Shown here: piece by piece, positions 1-14,400 of the stretch
Layout of the letters: each line of letters starts with the position of its first letter
Position numbering within the stretch: position 1 is the first letter of the stretch
Source: Malacoraja senta
Lineage: Eukaryota
DNA: 64,000 bases
Reading direction: 5' to 3'
Assembly (NCBI GenBank): GCA_038087875.1
Contig: JAXLNO010000193.1
Location: forward strand, 1 to 64,000
Program-made: the position numbers and the translations under genes
The notes under the pieces: generated by a model
Database searches by the model: none
What the model saw: the letters and a program-made list of their open reading frames with translations, nothing else
Told to the model about the DNA's origin: nothing

Positions 1-1749
1 AGTGGTGGCTGAAGGCAGCACAACAAAGAACACCACAGTCGAGTTTAACAAATAGTACATGCACTAGATCCCCCCCCCCCCCCCAAAAACGTTATGAATT
101 TTTCACAGTGTATGTATGGGGATGCTGTAATAGAAATGACGGGATGTCTTGTGATGACATGGACAAACTGTTTTTAAAAGTGTGTGTGTGAGAGAGATGG
201 GGGTGGGGGGGGGGGGGAGGAGAGAATGGGGGAGAGGGAGCGAGAGAACCGAGCTTCTGTTTATTTTTAAAACATTATTTAATGTTAACCTGATCAATAT
301 AAATCTCAATATATTTCGCTAATATTGTATTATATTTCAGAACTGAAATAGCCTTGCTTAAGCTTTTTTTAAATACTCAAAGCAAGATGAAATAAATATC
401 ATCCCCAGAAAAATAAAATAAAAATTGATCTCAATAGTACTAAAATGCCATCAAATTATAAATTCGACAGATTGGAGGGTTTATTTTTGTATCTTAACGT
501 TAGAGAGTTAATGTCGCAAACTGAATAAAGGAGAATGGGGAAGAGAACAGCAAATTCGGACATGCCACCCAGTGTCTTCATCAGAAGGAATATTTGGGTA
601 GTTGAAGTGATTTACTGGTGAATGGACAGACCGGGACAAAGGCTTGAACAACAGGACTTCTAGTTGAAGTATTTCAAAAGCAGTGGTTCGTGTGATAAGA
701 TAAAGTGCCGTTTTTTGGGCTCGTAGTCCATAACACCGTAATAGGTTTTGAATGACCTAAACGATTTGTTGATTGGGACAATACGTCCATTGTCCACAAT
801 TGCATTTATATAGAAATGCATGGACAAAAGACCGTGTATTCTTACAAAACTACAAAGGATGTTTTATTGGACTGGTGTGCACCATGACTCGAGCTATGAA
901 TGGAGCACACAACCAGGTGAACAACCTTTAAGGTCTCATTTATATCTTCTCGAAACCAGTTCAATTTCTAAAGATTTCCAAGCCTGGTATATGAAGTAGA
1001 CTTCACTGGATTTTAATAAATGAAATGGTTCTAAATCCCTGAGCCAAATTAAAGCATTGTGTTCTCTCCAATGTATTAACAATGATCAATTATCAATTGA
1101 TGATGATAAAACTTGCACACCAGTTCAAATATTTATCTATAGATTCGACCCTTGGCTTGCTTAGAGACTGTCACTCTCTCCTTCCCTTTCATCGGTATGG
1201 TAACATGAAACGAGTGGCGCTCCTGTATTTTACCAAAATAGTTCAACGCCAATTATCTGCTGTCACCGAAATATCTACACTATAGGATGGATCTGTTAGG
1301 GAAATGTGTGAACGTGCAGTATATAACAGCTGGACGGCAGATCATATTGCTTGTTTAATAACCCCCCTCCGTTTTTGTGCCAGGTCGCGTTAATCTCTTC
1401 GGCTGTTCAGCCACTTCAGACCCGATCTCACTGCTCCTCCAACACGCTGAAGACGGCATTGCACTTAAAAAACACAGAAATACATAAACCGTGCAATTGT
1501 ATATTTCTTCCGGAGAATAACTTGACTTGTATTCCATTAAAACTTTTGATATAATGATAACGTTAACATGATTTTGTTTTCGAAAGCAACGACTTCGAAA
1601 CACCCGCACTTGATTTGCTTTTACAATGCAACGAAAATCAAACCCTGGATTAACCCTCAAAATTAAGTGGCTTGCTAATGTCTATTTTATGACATGTGAA
1701 AAAATATGCCAATTTGACACATTTAGAAGGCTGATGGAATTATAGATGA

Positions 1750-2330
1750 ATGCTAGAAACACTCAGCAAATCAAAGAGTGACTGTGGAAAGAGAAACAGT
1801 TAACATTTTAGGTCGAAACCCCTCCTTCAAAACTAAAAAAGCGAAAACAATTACTGTAAATATTAAGTTGCAGAGACACCGGGGAAGGATAATGGGAATG
1901 TCTCTGATAGGACGAAGCCAGCCAGGGTTCCCCTGAGGGTCAGCTGTAAACAAGGGCATCTGGCCCACTGGTTAATAGGAGCAGTTAGGGGTAGGGAACA
2001 CATGCTATGTAGAGTATCTGGGTTCATTCCGCAGGAGGGACCCTGATCTTCCGACTTTCTGCCACTATACCTCTAACTTACTGCCATCTACATTTTTGTG
2101 GCTTCTTGTACTGTTACAATAAGGCTCCACGCAAGCTTGAGGAACAGAACATCGCCTTCCATGTGAAATTACTGAGCCTTCCAGACTCAATGTCAAATTC
2201 TTCAACACCCAAGAGTTTGAAGAATGGTCCCCGCCCGAAACATCGCCTGTCCATTCAATTCACAGATGTTACCTGACACTCTTTGTTCCTCGAGCATTCC
2301 GTGTTTTGCTCAAGATTCCATAGCCTGAAG
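1750..2330. mobile_element. Two old Penelope-like element (PLE) 3' relics in opposite orientation (minus ~1750-1990, plus ~2120-2330)
   Basis: 2130-2200 translates to RKLEEQNIAF..., a decayed form of the PLE GIY-YIG C-terminus (RKLEEQHLIFRLG). Degenerate hammerhead-like cores lie at ~1802-1832 (minus) and ~2217-2244 (plus). Boundaries approximate. Confidence 0.55.
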
Positions 2331-3004
2331 TTGATCGCGTCTACAAGAGATATCTGGCTTTCTCAGTATATGAATGGGCCAGGTCGTCTATGGTGCTGGC
2401 TCAGTTTTCACTCTTCATTAACACAGCCTGACGCGCTGGGTATGTCCCGCAGCCCCATATTTCACAGTTCTTACATATCTATCATATCACTCTCCAATTG
2501 CTCCCATATCATAGCTTTTACGAATAAAAGATCCCCTTCTTCATCTTCCTACTTGCTCCTATTAACCCATCGACCAATGTACAGCTTATCACAAGGGTAA
2601 CTTTGGCCTCACTCAGAAAAAAATCTGGCTGTCCTACAAATTACTCTTCTTCCCTCCAATTTAGTACGAACTTTACTGTTTTATTTTGAAATTTCCAACG
2701 ACTGCACTATTGTTTTGATTCCCGTACATTTTTTTAAAATAGGTCATATGTGTGTAATGAGTGAAAGCCGAACAGGAATTGCGCTTTTCATTATTTTGGC
2801 TAGTTTGAACAGAACTTAAACTAAATAGTGCTCCAAAGTACCAAGTCCTTCCTTTAAATGGTCCCAGAGAGTTTAGTGAAGAAGGATTTTCTCCAATATT
2901 TTTAGGACAAGAAATTGAAAGCATCAAAGATATGGGGACGGAGATCGTGTGTTTCATTTCCCCAATTGCGTTTCCTTCCCCGGAACAGCATTAAGAAGAA
3001 TAAA

Positions 3005-3470
3005 ATCTAAGCAAGACTCCCTTCGATGGGAAATATTGACTCTGTTTCTCTTCCTGCAGATGCGGCCTGACCTTTTGGATATCTCCAACATTTTCTGGTT
3101 TTGACTGAAGTCTAACTCCTGAAGATACACAGATGCCAAACCTTGCGAATGTCAAAAATAGGAAATTAAAATCGAAGGTGATGGGATTATCTAGCAGTTC
3201 GGGCGGCATCTGAAGAGAGAGGTGGGGAGTTTTGAGATTTCATATCAGGTCCTTTCTTAAAAGCTGAGAAAGAATAGGGATTTTAATTGAAACCTGCTGG
3301 TTAAGAAGCGGTGCGGGTGGGTGGTGAAAACAGAAGGGAAGTTTTGTGATTGGGTTGAAAACAGGGGGACATTAAATGACAGACACAAAATGCTGGAGTA
3401 ACTCATCGGGACGTGCTGCATCTCTGGATAGAATGGGTGACGTTTCAGGTCGAGACCCTTCTTCGGATTT
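3005..3470. mobile_element. Cluster of PLE 3'-terminal repeat relics; youngest copy 3380-3470 on minus strand
   Basis: 3380-3470 matches the repeat seen throughout the window (acacaaaatgctggagtaactca...gacgtttcaggtcgagacccttcttc). Older diverged copies lie at ~3010-3110 (plus) and ~3130-3270 (minus). Confidence 0.7.
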
Positions 3471-5662
3471 CTTTAGATTAAATGATGAATTGAATGAAAG
3501 TGAAAGGTAAAGGAAGGTGGTAGCGGGGGAAAATGAAGAAATACAAGACGAATCGAAAGGAATTACGTGTGGGCGAGGCGGAATCATCTAAGATTGCAAA
3601 AGGAAAATACGATGGATACTGGAAATCGGAAATAAAAAAACTCGATGACTCCAAGCTCTTCGATTTTTCCCGAATCATGACCAATAGTAGGACGTCCTCC
3701 TCCATATGCACTGTTTGTCCTGCCAAGATTCATAAATATTTCCTCTTCATGGTTTTTTATTCAATTAGGCATTATATGCCGTAGCATCCTCATTCGTTGT
3801 GGGTTGCATTGAATTTACTTTCGTTCTAAGAAATATATTATTATATCCATGGAAAGATTTGACAATATGTATTGAATTTCATAAATTCTGTTAGCTAAAA
3901 GTTATGTCTGAATTTGCTGATCGTATATTTAATATCAATTTGCACTAGGGCCTGATTTCAAACCGTACCCATGGTAACAAACGATGCCTTTGATTATGTT
4001 CTTAAACTTGAATATCGTCGAGCCTTCACAATTCTTATTAAATGTGTGGATTTTTTTTTTTTTGCATCAAAATAGCGGATTCCAGTCCTAATTCCCATTC
4101 CCAAATCATAGAGCACAAAGTAGTTCATAATAACTACCGCGCATTAGCAGTTACCTGTTGGACATAGAGGAGCATTTGCCTAGACTACTGAGACACAGAG
4201 CTAATTCGAGATAAGAATTGAAGGTGTTGATCTCCAGCTGAGAAGGTGGCTACTTTTATCTGAGACATTTCATTTGATTTTTCCGAACAGATTTTAGTCA
4301 TTTTGTTGAAAGCATTTTGCGCAAGCACTTGCCAGTCTAATCCTGGATAGCCAAAAAGTCAGCTACAGATCATTCGTCCAGCTGCTTTGATGGCGAAGGG
4401 CTCAGTAGAAATGCTCCGGTTTGGGAATATTTTCACCTGCAATGAAGTTGAAGCTCAGCCCACTCAAACAAAATTGCTCATTCCTCCCCTGAAAGAGAAA
4501 AGTGTGCCGCGTAACACCGCATATTGACCTCGATATTACCTCGCATGCAGATTTTCTGCAGCCCAGACACGACATATTACTCATATTGACACATTGTTCT
4601 TATGTTCTTGTCATCAAGTCATGTCAGATATTAGAGCTCCTGCAACATTTTGTAGTATCTTCAAACTTGTACTAAGAACGACATACACTACTTTTCAAAT
4701 ATGTTATTTATGAAATTTTAAAAATAACAAAGGTAATCGAGTGTCGCAAGCAGTTATTTTCTGGATTCTCTATACAAACTCTGGGCTGTTCTGCTGAATC
4801 CATCAAAGGAACGTCATTAAAACGTTGTAAACGTGGGTGCGCGCCACGCCTTATATATTGCAGTACATCATTTCTCAATACAGTATCTGCTTTGACCGCC
4901 GCTACAATTATGACAAATGATTAATATGTTTCTACCAGCAAGCTCCCGCAAACATTAGTTTCAATGCAGCCAATTCCTTGCCACAAACACGCACGCTTCC
5001 TTGCTTGTGGTTCAACATACACTACTTCCTTGCTTGTGGTTCAACAACGTTGGACCTATTTCTAACAAACAGTTACATATCACGTAACCTTTCTTTATGA
5101 AAGGAAACGATTTTTTTTTCCTAATTATTCAAACTGAGTAACCAAGAGTTCTGCCGGAGTTTCGGGACTATGGACGACTAGAAAATATGATATACTTAGA
5201 ACGTACTTTATTACCCAGGTAATTGCCTTGACTATGGAATTTTACTAGCCACATAACCTTGACGTTACCTGGTAACAGGTGAGCTCAGGTGATAAGACGG
5301 AATGGTTAATGGGTTGTATACGTCAGTCGGGGCTATTGACACGGATTACACAGCAGAACGCAGAAGATCTGTAAATCCAGGGCGGAGAAGAGAAATCACT
5401 TTTCCATTCGTTCTGCAAATGTGGGCCAAGGTATACATACATCAGAAGAACCTTCAGCAAAGGTGGCCTCTGAGTGATCAGGTTATAAAATGCATAACAA
5501 CATTCATCAAACGAACACACGACGGCTGTATGCCAATATGTTCCGTAAATAAAAATAAACTTAAAACATTCTCAGGCAATACTTTTCCACTCAGCAATTT
5601 TATTTTCATTTAATTTCCATCTCACAAAAATCAAATGGTGAAGAAATGTCACAAATACAATC

Positions 5663-6042
5663 GCCGGAGATTGAGGGGAGATCTGACAGAAGTATATAAA
5701 ATTAGGAGAAGCATAGATAGGGTAGATAGTCAGAACTTTTTTACCAGAATAGAAATATCAAATACTAGAGGGTAAAGCTTTAAGGTGAGAGGGGCACAGT
5801 TTAAAGGAAATGTGCAATGCAAGATTTGTTTTACACATAGGGTGGTGAGTTCCAGGGACATGCTGCGTGGGTAGTGGTGACAGATACATTAGTGGCATTT
5901 TTGGATAAGTGCGTGAATATGCAGGGAATTGAGGAATATGGATAATGTGTAGGCAAATAAGAGTTGGTCTTAGCATCATGTTCGGCACAGACATTGTGGA
6001 CCAACGAACCTATTCCTGTGCTGTACTGTTCCATGTTCTGTT
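5663..6042 (+). mobile_element. CR1-clade LINE 3' fragment
   Basis: Encodes RRLRGDLTEVYKI, the typical CR1 ORF2 C-terminus. It is followed by a 3' UTR ending ctgtactgttccatgttctg that is shared with other copies in the window. Confidence 0.8.
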
Positions 6043-6704
6043 AAATGTTGCCACGCCAAACGCCACTTAGTGGGGTATTTGCTCCTCTGAGGAGATTCTC
6101 GTTGTTCATATTTACAGTTCGACAGTTGTGTAGAACTCTATGACATCGTTTTATTTAGAAGTTCAAAAGGCCCATGCAAAGACCAGGTTGTTACTTCTAA
6201 AGCAGCTTGTTTACTTCAATCTGTCAAAAGGTTATCCTTTATTTGGGATGTCTCAAACCTAGGTCTTTAAAATAATACATCCATGAAATTGTCACATCTA
6301 CTCATATTTTATAAGATAATTTTGTCAACATAATATTACAATAATTATTATGCTATTCATTCTGCATTTCCTTCCCTTTTCTGCCATTCGTTTCTCTTTC
6401 AGAATGGCCACCTACTCCTTGCTGAAATATAAACGGTTGGGTACCCTGCCATTTCCAAAGATCATTCAACTTTATCAATTTAATGGATGCTGGCTTTCTT
6501 TCACTCTGGATATTTATTTTTTCAATGCCCAAACATGGTTACGTTCAACATAGCTACGTTTTTTTTCAGCCTTGGCAACACCCTCCGCACCGTGTCCCGC
6601 GCAACATATCTTTCCTATAATGCGGTGACCAGAATTGTGCATAATACTCAAGCCGCGACTTAACTAAAGTTCAATACAGTTCCTGCCCTTATATTCTGTT
6701 TATA

Positions 6705-6995
6705 AAGACACAAAGTGCTTCAGGCAGTATCGCTGTTGTGGAGAACATATTTGGCAGGCGATGTTTCGGGTCGGGACCCTTCTTCAGACTGATTGTAGTT
6801 GGGGGGAGGGGGGGATCCAGAAGAGAGGCGGGAGTGGGACAAAACCTAGCAAGTGACAGATGGACACAAGAGTGGATTGGCAGATGGTTGGACAAGCCCA
6901 GAGATGAAATTACAAAAAGTGTGAGATAAGGAGGTGGGGATAGAAGAGGCATAAAACGTGAAGCCAGAGGAAGGAATATACATGGAAGGGGACAG
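6705..6995 (-). mobile_element. PLE 3' fragment with hammerhead-like motif (6760-6787)
   Basis: Reverse complement reads CTGAAGA-AGGGTCCCGACCC-GAAACATC within the same repeat as other PLE ends. Confidence 0.75.
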
Positions 6996-7599
6996 AGGAC
7001 TTGGCATTTTATTGTCTCAAAGTTAAATGCTTATAATTCTTTATTTTAAAATCATATACATTCTTTAGTTTGTGTATTTGGTTCACTTCGTTGATTTGTA
7101 GGTGTATAGCAACTAAAAATGAAATTTTAGTGTTTATAGCCTGTTTACCCATGTAAACTGTTGTTGTATAACTCATATATAACCCATCTCCACAAATGTC
7201 AAGCAATAACTCAATGCTTCTCTCCCAAATCCAGGAATGCACCTTGCTTGTTTTCAGTATGTAAGTATTTGTATTTTACTGATGCTCTGATATATATATA
7301 TAGGAAATTGCTACTTGGTCATCCAAGACCGATGTGAGCACCTGGAAGAATCATATATAGGTGGAAAGCTGAAGCTGAACACTTTCTGTAAAAGTATTGA
7401 CTTGTAAGAGTATAATAAACCAAGGAACCAGAGAATACCTTTAAACCCTATTTACTTACAATAGGTGATCACGCAGTATAAAATCCATCTACTGTCAAAC
7501 ATCACTGGGATAGGTCACTATGTAGCCCCGTTGATACATTTTATAATTTAAAATATTTCAACGTGATGCTGTAAATCTATTAAAAATATATATTTTCTT

Positions 7600-7870
7600 C
7601 TTTTTGGGAGGTCTGGGAGCCTTGGCATGGCCAGTATTTATTATCCTCCCCTTAATTTGCTTAAGAAAGTACAGCAGTTGTGGGCCACCTTGTTATACCT
7701 CTGCGGTCTTTCTGGTGATGATGACCCCGCAGTGCTGTTGGTTCAGGGGTTCTACAATTTAAACCCAGTGATGATAAAGGAATGGCGGTATACTTCCAGG
7801 ACAAGAATTGGAAGGGTGGTTGGTGGTGGTGGTTGGTGGTGTTCCCATGTGCTGATGTTGCTGATCGGCT
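7600..7870 (-). mobile_element. Ancient LINE 3' relic (a related copy lies at ~47795-48130)
   Basis: Diverged similarity between 7610-7850 and 47810-48030 (gccagtatttattatcc.../gtcagcatttttcatt..., gtgatgataaaggaatggcggtatacttcc/gcatgaatgaaggatcaattatgttttcc). Family assignment uncertain. Confidence 0.4.
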
Positions 7871-10452
7871 TGGTGATAAATGACACATCTAATGCTTGCC
7901 AAGACATCAAACACCCCCCAAAAGAATAAAACATACCTATTTAATAAATGTCCACTATTTCATTGGATTAATTTTTAAATTATAAAATGTATCAATGTAT
8001 GCACACCACAAAAAGCATAGGTGTGCTTTATAACATAACTGAAGATGTTTTCAAATGCACAGCCAGGTAGGACATCTTAAATGAATGAAAATGTATAAGA
8101 AATATTTTTTCTGAATTAGGATTTGCCTTCTGATCTGAATTGACTAGAGTGGAGCTAGTTGGGACACATTCTCCCCTCACATATCCTGCAATCCATCCCT
8201 CTCCCATTTGTGTGCATATGGTTAAAATTGTAATTTTCATTATATTCATGTTATATTTGGTGATTGAACACAGAGCTTAGAACAGTACATGACCAGAACA
8301 GCCTTTTGTCCCACAATGTTATAATTTGTTAATTTCTACCGAATTGTTCCTTTTTTCTATATCAGTTATATTCAAAACTACAAATGGGTTCCTAGCAGGC
8401 TAGTACAATCGTTGCTGTAGGTGGACTCAAAAAAGACCAGTAACCTTATCCATCAAAGAACATTATTTAATTTAATGATGCTCATTTCTTTTTTTGTTCC
8501 ATAATTACGAAAAGTGAAACTCAATAGGACGAGTTTTTTGTGTCTATCTTCGGTGTAAACCAGCATCTGTAGTTCCTTTCTACACATTAGGTCCACAACA
8601 GAAACCGATTACAGTGTCGGTTTAAACGACACTAGTGACCTATTGTTCCTGTTTTCACGATGGTTGGGTGAGACGGACGAATTTCGCTCGTTAGGCATTA
8701 TTCTTAATTCCTGCCGTGGCCTTATGTTGCTCTACCTACTCTGTTACATGGAAGGTTAATAAGGACACATTAGTTTCATTTCGTCAAGGATGATACTGTT
8801 ACCAAGAGAAAGTCCCCTGATACGCTGGCCAAGCAGTCCGGTGATGTTTTGACTAGAATAACGATGGTGCCGATTAATCAACGTAACTGAATTGACTTCC
8901 TGGGTTAGCTGGAGGCCAATGCTACAAAATGTAAATCTTGCAGTTTTAGACACTTTCTCGCCTTCATGACACCACGAAGTTCTTGAAATCCAACGAAATG
9001 CTTCTAAGTGAGAAGTGAAATGTAGTCACGACGGTAATGTACGATATGTCATTATCATTACTTTCTGTTCTCTATGTATTGTACGGCTGAATACCATGTG
9101 TTTCGGAAATATATGTTCTACAATCAACACAGGAGACCAGCAGAAATATTTAAATTCTTCTATCTAAATATAAGACGCGAACTCAGAATATTATTTCGGA
9201 GAACCATTCCAATCCATGTAGTGGACCATGAAAGCCGATGAAGTACTTCCTTCAGAGCTTTTCATAAACTGTGAGAAATAATCCGATATACTGCTCATTA
9301 TAAGATCCACTCGTCACCGCAACCCTTCAATAGATTTTCCTTCTCTTAGACCTCGCTGTTTTGAGCTGTACAATGGCAGTATCTCCACAACCTGAAGAAA
9401 CACTGAACTACACTTTAGATATTCGACTCGGCTGAAATGAAGAGGATTTAGTTTCGCTGAGTTGAGCAGTACATTCACAGTTAAAGGCAGCAGAATTCGA
9501 TGACTTCCACTGGCACAATAAACATTTCTAAAGATTCAACAGATTCAATGATGTATCTAACTTTATTCATAGTACATAGGCGCAATCATTTGATTTGTAT
9601 CCTCCTTGGTATCAATTAAAATATATAGCTGGAAATAAAACAAGCTCCATAATGTGAAGCTCAGTGTGTGCGGAGAGAATTATGCATACAGTTATGTCCA
9701 GACAACGATCCTTCCTGAAATTGAACAAATTTGATTAACATATTCTCTCTTATTTCTATGTTATCTTTCTGAAAATTGTTTTTCCTACTGCCTATGCTTC
9801 TCGAATAAATGACCCGAATTAGATTTTAAAATTAATGAGACTTGAAACAGAATAGTGTGAGTATAACGCACGCTGGTGCTAATCCGATCGATTACGGGGG
9901 GGAGGGGGGGGGGGCCTGCATTTCTAATTCTCAGAAACAAAGTTTCAAATGAGATTCAACAAAATAGATAGATATCAAGAAATCTTTCATAATTATGCTT
10001 ATTATTATGGCTTGAGATAACAACAATGAATGTATGTATTTAATCTTGTTTAGGCAAATTGGACATTAAAATGCACTTGGAACAAAGGCCATGATAATAA
10101 GGTCGCCCTTTCGCAATAAAATTACGATTTTGCTTTCTTCCCTATTAATTTTCACCTCTATTGCCTTCCATTAGCCTGCTCCTTTCTAGTCTTTGCACTT
10201 CGCCTGTACAAAATGTTTACAGCGAACGTGGTCTCTTTTGTTCCGCAATATTTCTCCATTGACATGGAGCTCAGGTGCAGTATTTGGTATTTATGTATTC
10301 TTTAATAAGTGCTCCAGGGAATAATTCACTTCACATTTCACGTTTAACTTTATTGAAAATTCATATATTGTAACCCTCTTTATAAATCTGAATGTTTTGA
10401 ACGATAGGAATATTTTTGCACATTAAGATAGCCAGATGTACACCTTTTGTTA

Positions 10453-11411
10453 TAGTGCCCTCCATAATGTTTGGGACAAAGACCCATCATTTATTTATTT
10501 GCCTCTGTACTCCACAATTTGAGATTTGTAATAGAAAACATCACTTGTGGTTAAAGTGCGCATTGTCAGATTTTATTAAAGGGTATTTTTTATACATTTT
10601 GGTTTCACCATGTAGAAATTACAGCAGTGTTTATACATATTCCCCCCCATTTCAGGGCACCATAATGTTTGGGACACATGGTTTCACAGGTGTTTGTAAT
10701 TGCTCATGTGTGTTTAATTACCTCCTTCGTGCAGGCCTGAGAGCTCTCAGCACCTAGTCTTTCCTCTAGTCTTTCCATCACATTTGGAAACTTTTATTGC
10801 TGTTTATCAACATGAGGGCCAAAGTTGTGCCAATGAAAGTCAAAGAAGCCATTATGAGACTGAGAAACAAGAATAAAACTGTTAGAGACATCAGCCAAAC
10901 CTTAGGCTTACCAAAAGCAACTGTTTGGAACACCATTAAGAAGAAAGAGAACATTGGTGAGCTTACTAATCTCAAAGGGACTGGCAGGCCAAGGAAGGCT
11001 CCACAGCTGATGACAGAACAATTCTCTCTATAATAAAGAAAAATCCCAAGCACCTGACCGACAGATCAGAAACACTCTTCAGGAGTCAGGTGTGGATATG
11101 TCAATGACCACTGTCCGCAGAAGACTTCATGAACAGAAATACAGAGGCTACGCTGCAAGATGCAAACCATTGGTTAGCCACAAAAATAGGATGGCCTGGT
11201 TACAGTTTGCCAAGAAGTACTTTAAAAAGTATTTAAACACAGCTGTAACCAAAATGATGAAACCAAAATGTATAAAAATGGCCTTTATTAAAATCTGATA
11301 ATGTGCACCTTAACCACATATGCTTTTTTCTATTACAAACCTCAAATTGTGGAGTACAGAGGCAAATAAATAAATGATAGGTCTTTGTCCCAAACATTAT
11401 GGAGGGCACTG
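10453..11411 (+). mobile_element. Internally deleted Tc1-family (IR/DR type) DNA transposon
   Basis: Long TIRs of ~180 bp (tagtgccctccataatgtttgggacaaagac... / ...gtctttgtcccaaacattatggagggcactg). TA precedes the left end and TT follows the right end. An inner direct repeat ccataatgtttgggaca lies at ~10660. Confidence 0.92.
10797..11225 (+). pseudogene. Tc1 transposase N-terminal (paired-like HTH) remnant, frameshifted, DDE domain deleted
   Basis: MRAKVVPMKVKEAIMRLRNKNKTVRDISQTLG...GTGRPRK, then SMTTVRRRLHEQKYRGYAARCKPLVSHKNRMAWLQFAKKY running directly into the right TIR. Confidence 0.88.
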
Positions 11412-14400
11412 TTTGTTGCTTAGTACATTAACGGTGTTCACACAAGGGCAAATTGACTCTGTTTATTCTGCCACACGGAAACAAGTTACAGGTTATTCCA
11501 GAAAGCCTACTAACAAACAGTCTCAATAAAAGAATGAAATTCGACACTGCCAAAGGCCAATAGTTTAAAATTGGATAATCACTATAGCACTAATCCTGTT
11601 AGGCTAATTGTGTAGCGGGATTATATACCTAATTCACCTGAGAATATATCGCCTACTCGAATAAAACAACCCGATATATATATTTGATCCGGTGTACACT
11701 CATTCCAGGTGTACAGTTTTTTATTACAACACAACTTCGTCTGTGGAGTTTTGATCTGTTAATTGGTTATTTTTGCATTAATCTTGCGTTTGCTCTCTAT
11801 AACAGCGTGGTAATTCTTTCTTTTTAGGGTTATTATGGTGCATTGAAGTTTGAACCAATGTTACGGTGTCTTGTTTTGTTTGATAATGCTAAAAACGTGC
11901 TCCTCACCAAAAGAAAGCTTACGCTCCTGTCGACAAGGTTCCCATCATCCCGCCCCTTGAATCGGATAGTTTGCCTCCTCACCCAGAGTCACTGCAGTGA
12001 TGTGTCGAGTCGCAACGTTTCATATATCCAATATTTTAGCAATGTAGGAAAATCTTGCCAAACTGACGATTTTCAACTATTTTTTTTGCATATAATCCAT
12101 TTTCATCATCGAAACATTTCAAGCTTCTTCCACACTAGTTTCCAGCTGATGGTATAGAAATGTGCAAATTAACTATTAATGGACCTCTAAATGCATGTGA
12201 TCGTTGACGAATGTTCAGAGTTCAGAAACACTACCATGGTGTTTCATCTATTTCAAACATGTATAAATGTTAATATATAGCCGATGAAGCGCAGTTGTTC
12301 TCAACAGTGAAAGATCGCTTTATATTTTAATATGGGCGTTTTATAAAAGCAACTGAAGAACGCACTCATTCGCCAGTAAGGGATATTAATTTTAGTGTCA
12401 CCATACTTATCCGCAGTGAACTTTAAATTCGCTGCTGCAGACACCAGGGCAAAAATCACGCCGTTTTAATGTTTTTACGGCAACATTATATTACTAATAA
12501 TTAGTAATTATATTACTAATATTCGCTCGCATATAATAGAATAATTATAAAAGAAATATTTAAGGATATATATAGAGAGATTCTTCTTCTCAAGTGTCAA
12601 CTCAAAATGTGCAAATCGGGGTGTTTATACACTCACCTTGTTAATAAGTAGATGTTAAAACGCATATCTCATAACCTTTTGAAACAGAAAATGAATTTAT
12701 AAAATCATATTAATACACTATAAATTATGCTTTTCTCATCTTCAGATTTTGTAAGATTTTATTTTGTAGAAAATTACCCAGAAACTAAGCTGTTCAAAGT
12801 CTATGCCTATTGTTGGAAATGAAGACTGGCAAGGTGATGTACACTTCTGGATTTTTTTTAACACTTTTAATGAAACAACGTCAAACCTGAAAAGGACCTA
12901 AAAACAAAGATATTTACCCTTTCCGCTGCCCTATACTCTCCAGTGTTTGCTAGTTATTGTTATTGCTGACTGGTTGAGGCAACATCACATCTTGAGCCAT
13001 TACCCTAATCCGCTCTGATCAAGACGGTCAATCGTTTCCCCTGGAGAATATCATCCTCTTTTTTCCATTACGCTTCCATTATTTTTGGCACGAAATATAC
13101 CTACAATATTGCCACTCACTTATTTTGTAGCAAACACGTGAAAGGCAATTAGTTTAATTTGTTCATTGTAGTACTTCCAGTCGGCACCGAATGTTTTAAG
13201 CCGATTCAATATTTAGGAAGAAAAGTAGAGGTAGTTTTATAATTCTGTAAAATAATTCCATTCTGTTTTGATTTTCTTGTCATTTTAAATGATGCGATTT
13301 ATTGGTTCGATATTCAAATATTAATTGGAATTTGAAAACATTATGTAGAGAATAACAAACAACTCAGCTACAACTTTGACATTTTTTATGTTCGTTCACA
13401 CAATTGTTTCGTTTTGAAATAAGGAGAGTGCTTTGAAACAGTTTAATACCAGGCTATGCAAAAGCAAAGGACGGCCTATTGCTTCGGAAACACCATCTCG
13501 CAGGAATGGCGATGAATGAATTCTTATTGGGCTTTCTAACCTGCAAGTAAATTCCAAACAATATCGTATCATGTTTCGGCGATGTTACAATTGGAAACGG
13601 GATCTGTGCTTCAGTTATAACAGTCGTGCAGAGAAAAGCAAAGTTCAAGCGGTAGTTGCATCTTCCAACATGTCATACGAGAGAAAAAAACATTTTCTTT
13701 TGTGGACAATACTTTACTAGGCCTATACAAAAAAAAACACCGTTCGTTTACACATGAGACAAATGATCAATTCTCACAGAACGGTTCAGCTCTCAGTTTA
13801 TTTAAAGTGGTTGGTAGTGTGTCTTTCCGCTTATATGTTACGCAACAGAAAACATGAAATGGCAAGGGGAAATTTGTGATGAAGAATCAAACGGTTGAAG
13901 TATTTTCTGGGATGATATAACTTTGAATTTCAAATATACCGAAGGGAGCTGTGGAGAATCTGCATTTAAGTCCGTTAAATCCAAACCGTGTAAGATTCTA
14001 GTGGTCAGACGGGATCTGCGATTCTCACTGTTTTCTCCTGAGAAAAATTAAATCTATAATTCTTTGGATCAAAATAACGATTTATATATGAAGCGTGATA
14101 CTTATGACTAAACACCTCGATAATCGACGACATTAGGATTCAAAACAAAAATGATCACATCCTAAGATTTGTTTTAATCTTCCTTGTTTCCCCCGGACGT
14201 TTGGTAATGCTTTGTGTTTAACAGTTGAGATCCATATTATTAATTATTCGACTTTAAATGTCCCCGGAGCTTTATGAAGTAAAATAACGCGGCTTAAATA
14301 TTATTAAATCATTTTACTACGTTCGCTGACATTTGAAAAACAGAACATGATGTGTCCAATGTGTATCTTGTTACAACAAAGCTTTGTGGTTTAAATCGTC

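Noticed and set aside
2673..3784. Several 60-95 aa ORFs in the CpG-retaining region
   Set aside because: No recognisable motifs or consistent splice structure, and they partly overlap PLE relics.
4996..5046. 22-bp direct repeat (also the 27-bp tandem duplication at 52301-52354)
   Set aside because: Ordinary local slippage duplications with no further structure.
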